Shown here in pieces: positions 58,101 through 64,000 of a stretch of DNA of 64,000 nt. The DNA is from Candidatus Eiseniibacteriota bacterium (lineage in GTDB: Bacteria; Eisenbacteria; RBG-16-71-46; CAIMUX01; VGJL01), in the NCBI GenBank assembly GCA_041946735.1, contig JBHGAY010000014.1, positions 32,001 through 96,000 on the forward strand, in the 5' to 3' direction. The translations under genes and the position numbers were made by a program. Positions within the stretch are counted from its first letter, which is position 1. Every line of letters starts with the position of its first letter. Below the pieces are notes generated by a model, which was given only the letters and a program-made list of their open reading frames with translations, was not told where the DNA came from and did no database searches.

Positions 58101-58640
58101 GACCGCCCGAGCGAAGGGGTCTGCTTGGGGAATCTCAGCGCCACGGCGCGCGACCGCGGCGATCTGGAGAAGGCCGAATCGCTCGCCGAGCAAAGCTTGG
58201 AGATCCTGCGCGCGACCGAGAATCACCGCGGATTGGGCCACGGGTATCGCACCCTCGGTTCGATCCGGATGCAGCGAGGACGTCTGCCGGAGGCGGAGGA
58301 AGCGCTCCGCATGGAGCTGCGGATCCTGCGCGATTCCGAGGATGCCCGCCAGATCTTCGAGAACCTCGAGGCGTTCGCGCGCCTGCTTCTCGCCCAGGGA
58401 CGATTCGAGGCTTCCGCCATCCTGCACGGAGCGCTGGACTCGGTGCGCGCGCAGAAGGGCTACCCGATCCCGCCGTCAGAGGAGCCGATCCGCGAAGGGG
58501 ACCTGGCCCGGTTGCGTGAGGCTCTCGGCGAGAAGGGCTTCGCGGCCGCTTGCGCTCGCGGTGGCACCATGTCTCTCGATCAGGCGGTGGGATTCGTCGA
58601 GGACGGCGGGCCGGCGAGCGCCGGAGAAGGGAGTAGCTGA
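55119..58640 (+). CDS. Ser/Thr protein kinase fused to STAND/NB-ARC-like ATPase and TPR domain
   Basis: Kinase: IGEGSFGEV, VALK, HGDVKAANV, DFG, APE, SDVYALG. ATPase: GPAGTGKT, LLLDNCEH, TSREPL, LDGIPLAIELAAAR. C-terminal TPRs. Confidence 0.92.
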   Translation: MPTGKRPGERGDAARAARQRLQRVASAIVQGRPVDWQRMAEDYPELRSRLEQLRKIEALAESGRVGRPAAGGTRAGGASGPDSSPASFLFSWGGLQVLEKIGEGSFGEVFRAFDPALEREVALKLRRPRPNEPPGAHLEEARRLARVRHPHVLTIHGVETHDGRPGFWTDFLRGATLEQRIVEGDPLPAREIAAIGIDLCAALAAVHAAGIVHGDVKAANVMRESDSRVILMDFGAGSSLRDDTQRITGTPLVMAPETLDGSAPPSPASDVYALGVLLYRLATGRYPLEASSRAELHEAHRTAARIPLAEIRPDLPAVLVRAIERALLPDPAARTASAAALGADLHASLLGPGVPAAADPPSRPRRPARGAATNLPSPPGRFIGRERERAALRGLLLEKRIVTLVGPAGTGKTRLALEAANDLLEAFPGGVWWTALAPLTGEAQIEEEVLRSLRLPADPASRPLDLLVASIGARPLLLLLDNCEHLRAGAARFAAALSAACPELRLLATSREPLGIEGEIVHRVPPLSLPVASRLPGRREGMEVAAFEAVRLFVDRAYQSRASFALTRENAPAIARICRRLDGIPLAIELAAARVRSMGTHEIASRLERSLSILPAGDPENVPHRTLRASIEWSYRLLRDPERTLFRRLSVFLGRTPLEAIEAVAGDAAVREAVAGDAAAREAEAAAADAATRAAQAANAPEGEAPAQIAGESILDLLSSLVEKSLVVFDPPPADRAAEAGVDRAGRGRDGSQPAAPRDEGGYRMLEMVREFAAAESAAAGEEEPLRARHLAYFTARADQALRQLSGADQDAWLLQLERENDNLRAAMRWAALPGGDAEMGMRTAIGLRRLWYVRGWMSEGVEHVRALLASPTLPPGSRARGLIAAANLEWARGDSVPARAHCEEALAMLQEIDDPAARAASLSMLGTIECDAGNYDRAVSLLEEGIELRRRAGVLAALTAPLLNLGVIHARRGDLDSAQRCYEEALAVARETEDRPSEGVCLGNLSATARDRGDLEKAESLAEQSLEILRATENHRGLGHGYRTLGSIRMQRGRLPEAEEALRMELRILRDSEDARQIFENLEAFARLLLAQGRFEASAILHGALDSVRAQKGYPIPPSEEPIREGDLARLREALGEKGFAAACARGGTMSLDQAVGFVEDGGPASAGEGSS

Positions 58641-58685
58641 CGGGGCCGGGGCAGACGAGGGGGGCGGGCGGATAGCCGTGCCCGA

Positions 58686-59255
58686 TCAGGCTTCTCTGGG
58701 CAGGACTCCCGCGGCCGCTTCCTCGTAGGTGGCGAGGTCCGCGTCGGAGAACAGGACGAAGACGACACGGTCGATCGTCCCGGCTCCCGGAGCGCTGACG
58801 TCGACCTCCAGCGCTTCCCGCACCGCCGTCAACGCGACCCGCGCGGCATCGGGCACCGGATAGAGATACGCTCCGGTCGAGATCGATGGGAATGCGATCG
58901 ACCGGGCTCCGATCTCGCGCGCCACCTCGAGCGAGCGGCGATACGCCGAGGCGAGAAGCGCCGGCTCCTCGTAGCGCCCGCCTCTCCAGACCGGACCGAC
59001 CGCATGGATCACCCACCGGGCAGGCAGCCGTCCGGCCCCGGTAGCGACCGCCGAGCCGGTCGGACAACCTCCGATCCTGCGGCACTCCTCGCCGATCGTC
59101 GGTCCTCCCGCACGGTGGATCGCTCCATCGACTCCGCCACCCCCGGCGAGAGCGGCGTTCGCGGCATTGACGATCGCGTCGACCGTCTGCTGCGTGATGT
59201 CGCCGCGGAGCAGCTCCACCACCGACCGGCCGACCCGATACTCATTGCGCGACAT
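58686..59255 (-). CDS. Macro domain protein (O-acetyl-ADP-ribose deacetylase, YmdB-like)
   Basis: GDIT…DAIVNAAN…GGGGVDGAIH…VIHAVGP…AFPSISTGAY. Confidence 0.93.
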   Translation of the reverse strand: MSRNEYRVGRSVVELLRGDITQQTVDAIVNAANAALAGGGGVDGAIHRAGGPTIGEECRRIGGCPTGSAVATGAGRLPARWVIHAVGPVWRGGRYEEPALLASAYRRSLEVAREIGARSIAFPSISTGAYLYPVPDAARVALTAVREALEVDVSAPGAGTIDRVVFVLFSDADLATYEEAAAGVLPREA

Positions 59256-59319
59256 CCCCGAGATCCTCCTCTTGCCCTGTCTCTCCCTTCCCCGATCCCC
59301 TTACCGAGCTCGAACCCTC

Positions 59320-59691
59320 TCAGTCTTCCCGGGTGTCCTTGATCATCCGATTGAGGATTGCCGAGATGATCGTCATCAGAAGCGTGCCGAGGATCGCCGC
59401 GCCAAAGCTCGAGACGACGAAGCCGGGGACGACGACCGAGGTCAGCCAGAGGACGATTCCGTTGAGGACGAAGATGAAGAGTCCCAGCGTGAGAATCGTG
59501 ATCGGCAAGGTGAGCAGGATCAGGATCGGGCGAACGATCGCGTTCAGCACCCCCAGGACGAGAGCGGCGGCGCCGAGCGCCAGCGCGCGGTCGAGAGACG
59601 TGTCTCCGACCACGTCGATCCCGGGGAGGATCGCGGCCGTGAAGCCCAGAGCGAAGAAGCTGACGACGAACCGAATGAAGAACCCTCGCAT
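59320..59691 (-). CDS. 4-TM 'phage holin family' (YvlD-like) membrane protein
   Basis: ATG 59691; LGVLNAIVRPIL..LTLPITILTLGLF..VLNG motif. Confidence 0.88.
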   Translation of the reverse strand: MRGFFIRFVVSFFALGFTAAILPGIDVVGDTSLDRALALGAAALVLGVLNAIVRPILILLTLPITILTLGLFIFVLNGIVLWLTSVVVPGFVVSSFGAAILGTLLMTIISAILNRMIKDTRED

Positions 59692-60206
59692 CGAACCTCT
59701 CCCGGCCGGGGGGCAGGTCCGGCCGCACGGAAGCGTACCGCATCCCCGGCTCCGCGTCGTCCTCGATCGCGCGGGTCGAGAGCGAAACGCCCCGAGCGAG
59801 CGCCGCGAGCGAAGCGCCCGGAGCGAAACGCCCGGAGCGAAGCGCTTCGCGGTCCGGCGGCGACCGGATGCGCCGCCGGCGAGGGAAGGCCCGTGTCCTT
59901 GCCGGGCGCGCCCCGGCTGGGCTACACTTCCCTCGGTTCCGGTTCGTCCCGGAACGTTTCGCCATCGGCCCCGGCGCCCCGGCCGCCCGGCCCATCGATC
60001 ACCAGACAGCCGGGAGTCGGGGAGTTCCAACCCCGGTCGCGAGCACGCGAGAGAGAGATGATCCGTCGCCTGCAGCGCATCTTGCGCGTCGTCGCGCTCG
60101 TCTTCGGGAGCACGTAAGTCGCTCCTTCCGGCCCTCTCGTACCCCGAAAACCATCACGCGGGAGCGTCCCGCGTCTTCGTGTCTGCCTGCCGGAAGGAGG
60201 CTTCCC

Positions 60207-61577
60207 GTGTCCCACGATCCGATCCGTCCCAACGAGGTTCGAGCGGTACTGAAGCGCCACATGCTCGCCGACGGCTACGAGCAGATCCTCGATCTCGAGA
60301 AGAGCCATGGCTCCTGGGTGGTCGACGCCCGGGACGGGCGCGAGTACGTCGACCTGTTCAGCTTCTACGCGGCGATGCCGCTCGGCTTGAACCATCCGAA
60401 GTTGTCGAACGACGCGGCGATCCGCCATCTCGGCCGGATCGCGGTCAACAAGCCGACGAACTCCGACATCTATACGACGGCGATGGCCGAGTTCGTCGAC
60501 GTCTTCGCCCGGGTGGCGATCCCCAAGTCGCTCCCGCATCTCTTCCTCGTCGAGGGGGGATCGGTGGCGGTCGAGAACCTGCTGAAGGTCGCCTTCGACT
60601 GGAAGGTGCGCAAGAACCTGGCGAAGGGGCTTCCGGAGGATCGCGGGCAGAAAGTCCTGCACTTCCGCGAGTGCTTCCATGGACGCACCGGCTACACGCT
60701 CTCGATGACCGACAGCCACGACAAGCGCAAGACCCGTTACTTCCCGAAGTTCGACTGGCCGCGGATCACCAACCCGAAGATCACCTTCCCGCTCGAAGGG
60801 GCGAACCTCGCGAAGGTGATGGAGCTCGAGAAGAGGGCGATCGCCGAGATCGAGGCGGCGGTCGCGGAGAATCCCCACGACATCGCGGCGCTTCTGATCG
60901 AGCCGATCCAGGCGGAGGGCGGCGATCATCATTTCCGTCCGGAGTTCTTCCGCGCGCTGCGCGAGCTGGCGGACCGCCACGAGTTCCTCTTCTTCGTCGA
61001 CGAGGTGCAGACCGGGATGGGGTTGACCGGCACGTTCTGGGCGCATGAGCAGATGGGGGTCGAGGTCGACGGGCTCGCGTTCGGAAAGAAGATGCAGGTG
61101 TGCGGGATCCTCTGCGGGCCGCGGATCGACGACGTCGAGGACAACTGCTTCCGGCTCTCGAGCCGGATCAACTCCACGTGGGGCGGGAACCTGGTCGACA
61201 TGGCGCGCTCGAAGCTGCACCTGGAGATCTTCGAGGAGGAGAACCTTCTTGACCACGTCCGGACCGAGGGGGCTTATCTCCTGGGACGGCTGCAGGAGCT
61301 GCAGCGCGAGCACCCGGGGCTCGTGACGAACGCGCGCGGGCGTGGCCTGATGTGCGCGTTCGACTTTCCGAGCCCGGACATCCGCAACGAGGTCCGCGAC
61401 ACGGCGCTCGACGAGGGACTCTTCATCCTCGGATGCGGCGAGTCGACGCTTCGCTTCCGTCCGGCGCTGAACATCGACCGTCCCACGCTCGACGAGGGGC
61501 TCGCGCGCATGAACCGGGCGCTGGGGAAGGTGGCGGCGAAGACCTCGATTCCGGCCGGTCGACAGGGAAAGGCGTGA
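60207..61577 (+). CDS. lat: L-lysine 6-transaminase (class III aminotransferase)
   Basis: RBS AAGGAGG then GTG 60207; HMLADG, NKPTNSDIY, KVAFDWK, FHGRTGYTLS, FPKFDWPRI, DEVQTG, FGKK and RINSTWGG motifs. Confidence 0.92.
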   Translation: MSHDPIRPNEVRAVLKRHMLADGYEQILDLEKSHGSWVVDARDGREYVDLFSFYAAMPLGLNHPKLSNDAAIRHLGRIAVNKPTNSDIYTTAMAEFVDVFARVAIPKSLPHLFLVEGGSVAVENLLKVAFDWKVRKNLAKGLPEDRGQKVLHFRECFHGRTGYTLSMTDSHDKRKTRYFPKFDWPRITNPKITFPLEGANLAKVMELEKRAIAEIEAAVAENPHDIAALLIEPIQAEGGDHHFRPEFFRALRELADRHEFLFFVDEVQTGMGLTGTFWAHEQMGVEVDGLAFGKKMQVCGILCGPRIDDVEDNCFRLSSRINSTWGGNLVDMARSKLHLEIFEEENLLDHVRTEGAYLLGRLQELQREHPGLVTNARGRGLMCAFDFPSPDIRNEVRDTALDEGLFILGCGESTLRFRPALNIDRPTLDEGLARMNRALGKVAAKTSIPAGRQGKA

Positions 61578-62767
61578 CGGCCGGCTCGCCGGAGAGCGGC
61601 GGCACCGGGGAGCACGAGCCGGCCGGGGAGCGCGGACACGGCGGCGAGCGCGGACGCGCGGGCGAGCACGAGCGCGAACGCGTCGGCGAGCACGAGCCGG
61701 CCGGCGCCGCGATGGCTCGGGCGACCCGCCTGATGGTCGAAGCGACCCGCGGCCCAGCGGTGGAGTCGATCCATCGCGGGGCCGCCGCCGTCTGCGATCC
61801 GGACGGACGGGTCGTCGCCCGCGTGGGAAACGCGCGCCTCGCCGCCTTCCTCCGTTCCGCGACCAAGCCGTTTCAAGCGATGGCGCTCTTCGAAACCGGA
61901 GCTATCGATCGCTTCGGCATCCCTCCGGAGGAGCTGGCGATCGTGATCGCCTCGCACGACGGCGAGCCGTTTCACGTCGATCTCGTCCGCTCTCTCCAGG
62001 CGCGGACCGGCGTCGCGCAGGGATGGCTGCGCTGCGGCGCGCATGCCCCGTACAGCGCGGCGACGCGGGCGGCGATGGCGGCGCGGGGCGAGGAGCCGAG
62101 CGTCCTGCACAACAACTGCTCCGGGAAGCACACCGGAATGCTCGCCGCGGCGCTGGCGATCGGAGCCCCGGTCGAAAGCTACGTGGATCCGGACCACCCG
62201 GTGCAGCGCACCAACCGGAACCGGCTCGCCCGCCTCTCCGGGATGGCGGCCGGCGAGATCGGAGTCGCGATCGACGGATGCTCCGCCCCGACGTTTCGCA
62301 TGCCGCTCGACCGCTTCGCGACCGCGCTTGCCCGCCTCGCCGCCGCCGGAGCGGCGGGGGAGGACGCCGCGCGCTGGGGATTGCCGGACGAGACGCGCGG
62401 GCTTCGCGCCGCCTGGTCCGCAATGGTCGACCATCCCGAAGTCATCGCAGGGACGTCGGGACGGGTCGACACCGACCTGATGCGGGCCGCCCGCGAAGCG
62501 GGGATCCCCCTGATCGTCAAGGCAGGGGCCGAGGGGGTCTACGCGATGGCGCTGCGAGCGCCCGAGGGACCGCTCGGCATCGCCATCAAGATGGAGGACG
62601 GGCTCGAGCGAGGGCGCAACTGCGCGTCGATCGAGATCCTTTCGCAGCTCGGCGCCCTGCCGCCCGCGATGGCGGCCCGCCTGCGCGACTGGCATCGCCC
62701 CCTCCTGCGCAACCGGGCCGGCCTGGAGGTCGGCGAGGTGCGGCCGGCCTTCCGGCTGGAACGCTGA
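61574..62767 (+). CDS. Class 3 (Rhizobium AnsA-type) L-asparaginase
   Basis: RSATKPFQ, NNCSGKH, DGCSAP and KAGAEG motifs. Start is either GTG 61574 (overlapping lat stop) or ATG 61712. Confidence 0.88.
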   Translation: MTAGSPESGGTGEHEPAGERGHGGERGRAGEHERERVGEHEPAGAAMARATRLMVEATRGPAVESIHRGAAAVCDPDGRVVARVGNARLAAFLRSATKPFQAMALFETGAIDRFGIPPEELAIVIASHDGEPFHVDLVRSLQARTGVAQGWLRCGAHAPYSAATRAAMAARGEEPSVLHNNCSGKHTGMLAAALAIGAPVESYVDPDHPVQRTNRNRLARLSGMAAGEIGVAIDGCSAPTFRMPLDRFATALARLAAAGAAGEDAARWGLPDETRGLRAAWSAMVDHPEVIAGTSGRVDTDLMRAAREAGIPLIVKAGAEGVYAMALRAPEGPLGIAIKMEDGLERGRNCASIEILSQLGALPPAMAARLRDWHRPLLRNRAGLEVGEVRPAFRLER

Positions 62768-62892
62768 GGTCGGAGGCGGGCGCAAGAGAGCGCGGGCGAA
62801 GGGAGCAGCGAACCGGAGCGGAGGCCGGCGGGTCTTTCCGCTATCATCCGTCCGTCCACCCGCCGCCTGCCGGAGGCGGGACAGGAGGTTGG

Positions 62893-64000
62893 ATGCGACC
62901 GCAAAGCCGCCGCCAGGCCGCCGTCCGCTCTTCGACTCCCGCCCACCGCACGACCGCCGCGCACCGCATGACTCCCGCCCACCGCATGACCCTCGCCCGT
63001 CGCCAGACCGCCTCTCGCTCGACCGCATGGCTGTGGATCGCTTCCCTCTGGATCGCGATGGTCCTTCCCTCCGTACTCGTATGCGGCGCCGCGACTGCGC
63101 AGGAGCCGGCGGGCCGGATGCTCGTCCGGATTGGAGGGCCGGGCGACTGGAGCCCCGCGGTGGTGCCCCCGACGCTGGAGGTCCTCGGCTTCGAACGGAA
63201 CGAGTCCCGGTCGATCGGGCTCGTCGAGAAGGCGGCCGGAAGCTTCGCGATCGAGATGCTTCCGCCCGGCCTCTACACCCTGCGGTTGCTCGGCGCCGGT
63301 TCCGATTCCGTCCGCGTGCGCGCCGCGATCCATCCAGGGACGACCACCGTAGTTCGCGTCGACCCCGCGCGCGGAAGCCTGACCGTCGAGCCGTTCCATC
63401 CCGATCCGTTCGGCCTCGACGACTCCTGGGATTCCGCCTGGCTCGATGCGCTGCCCTACGAGGGCGAGATGGCGGCGATGCGCGCCACGACCGATCCCTC
63501 GATCCCCCGCCGGGCCACGCTCGACGGCTCTCCGCTCGGTGATCTCGGTTTCCGCTCGCCGCACAGGATCGAGGACCGCGCGATCGCCTCCGCCGTGCGG
63601 ATCCCGGTCGGGCCGGCGCCGGCGTCCCTCGGGGGCGCGACGCGGTCGATCCTCTCGAGCGCGGCTCCCGTCTCGGGCAGCGCCGAGGCCGCGACCGGCA
63701 CCGGCGGGCAGAGCTTCCTCGATGCCGCGGGGTCGTACCGCTTCGACCATCTCGCGTGGAAGCCCTCCCTGATGGCGGCGCTCCGCGCGCGTAACGAGCT
63801 CGACGCGGCGCCATCGCCGTTCGAGAACGACAGGCTGCCGCACAACGGACTCGACGGGATCGAGCTCCTCGTCGAGGCATCGGCCCAGCCTCGGGCGGCG
63901 ACGCGCCTGGAAGCGTTCGGGTACGCGAACGGTACGAGCCGCGACTTCTTCCTCGAGTCGTACCGCCGGGATCCCACCCACTCGCCGAGCGAGGATCGGG
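62893..64000 (+). CDS. Secreted/outer-membrane protein, possibly TonB-dependent-receptor-like, 3'-partial
   Basis: RBS AGGAGG then ATG 62893 (alternative starts 62968, 62986); hydrophobic signal (…VCGAATA-Q); LPPGLYTL carboxypeptidase-regulatory-like domain; frame open to the window end. Absent from the ORF track because there is no stop. Confidence 0.55.
   Translation, partial: MRPQSRRQAAVRSSTPAHRTTAAHRMTPAHRMTLARRQTASRSTAWLWIASLWIAMVLPSVLVCGAATAQEPAGRMLVRIGGPGDWSPAVVPPTLEVLGFERNESRSIGLVEKAAGSFAIEMLPPGLYTLRLLGAGSDSVRVRAAIHPGTTTVVRVDPARGSLTVEPFHPDPFGLDDSWDSAWLDALPYEGEMAAMRATTDPSIPRRATLDGSPLGDLGFRSPHRIEDRAIASAVRIPVGPAPASLGGATRSILSSAAPVSGSAEAATGTGGQSFLDAAGSYRFDHLAWKPSLMAALRARNELDAAPSPFENDRLPHNGLDGIELLVEASAQPRAATRLEAFGYANGTSRDFFLESYRRDPTHSPSEDR

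Noticed and set aside
59320..59691. Prophage, suggested by the 'phage holin family' gene
   Set aside because: YvlD-like 4-TM proteins are common chromosomal genes, and there are no phage genes nearby.
25..63981. Many long antisense or alternate-frame ORFs (e.g. 25..1554, 4810..7221, 8173..10740, 14682..17798, 42666..45419, 61274..63880)
   Set aside because: They are Arg/Pro/Gly-rich shadow frames overlapping well-supported genes, expected at this high GC content.

Overview
High-GC bacterial chromosomal window with no rRNA, tRNA, IS, integrase, CRISPR or phage genes. It is dominated by secreted and envelope proteins carrying one of two C-terminal tags. Five proteins end in a FlgD-Ig/T9SS-type-A-like domain, and four Cys-rich repeat proteins end in a short (T/S)WGx(I/V)Kxx(Y/F)R tail. 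This style suggests an FCB-related candidate phylum such as Ca. Eisenbacteria (inference only). Housekeeping and transport genes include efp, modABC, a MacAB-like exporter, a Zn/Mn ABC importer, long-form ispG, lat, a class-3 asparaginase, an OPT transporter, a WYL regulator and an ECF sigma plus Ser/Thr kinase-STAND pair. The most unusual element is a non-coding array at about 14243-14729 with a strict 43-bp period. Each unit has two palindromic motifs (GAGAnTCTC and TTCAC-N4-GTGAA) separated by two 10-bp variable segments. Other notable items are an unannotated 31-aa histone-H1-like microprotein, a modular family of four 'ACC' Cys-repeat exported proteins, an EF-P with Asn at the loop tip, a 5'-truncated beta-barrel gene and two candidate structured RNAs. 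Start codons were adjusted by eye using RBS and signal peptides; no database searches were run.
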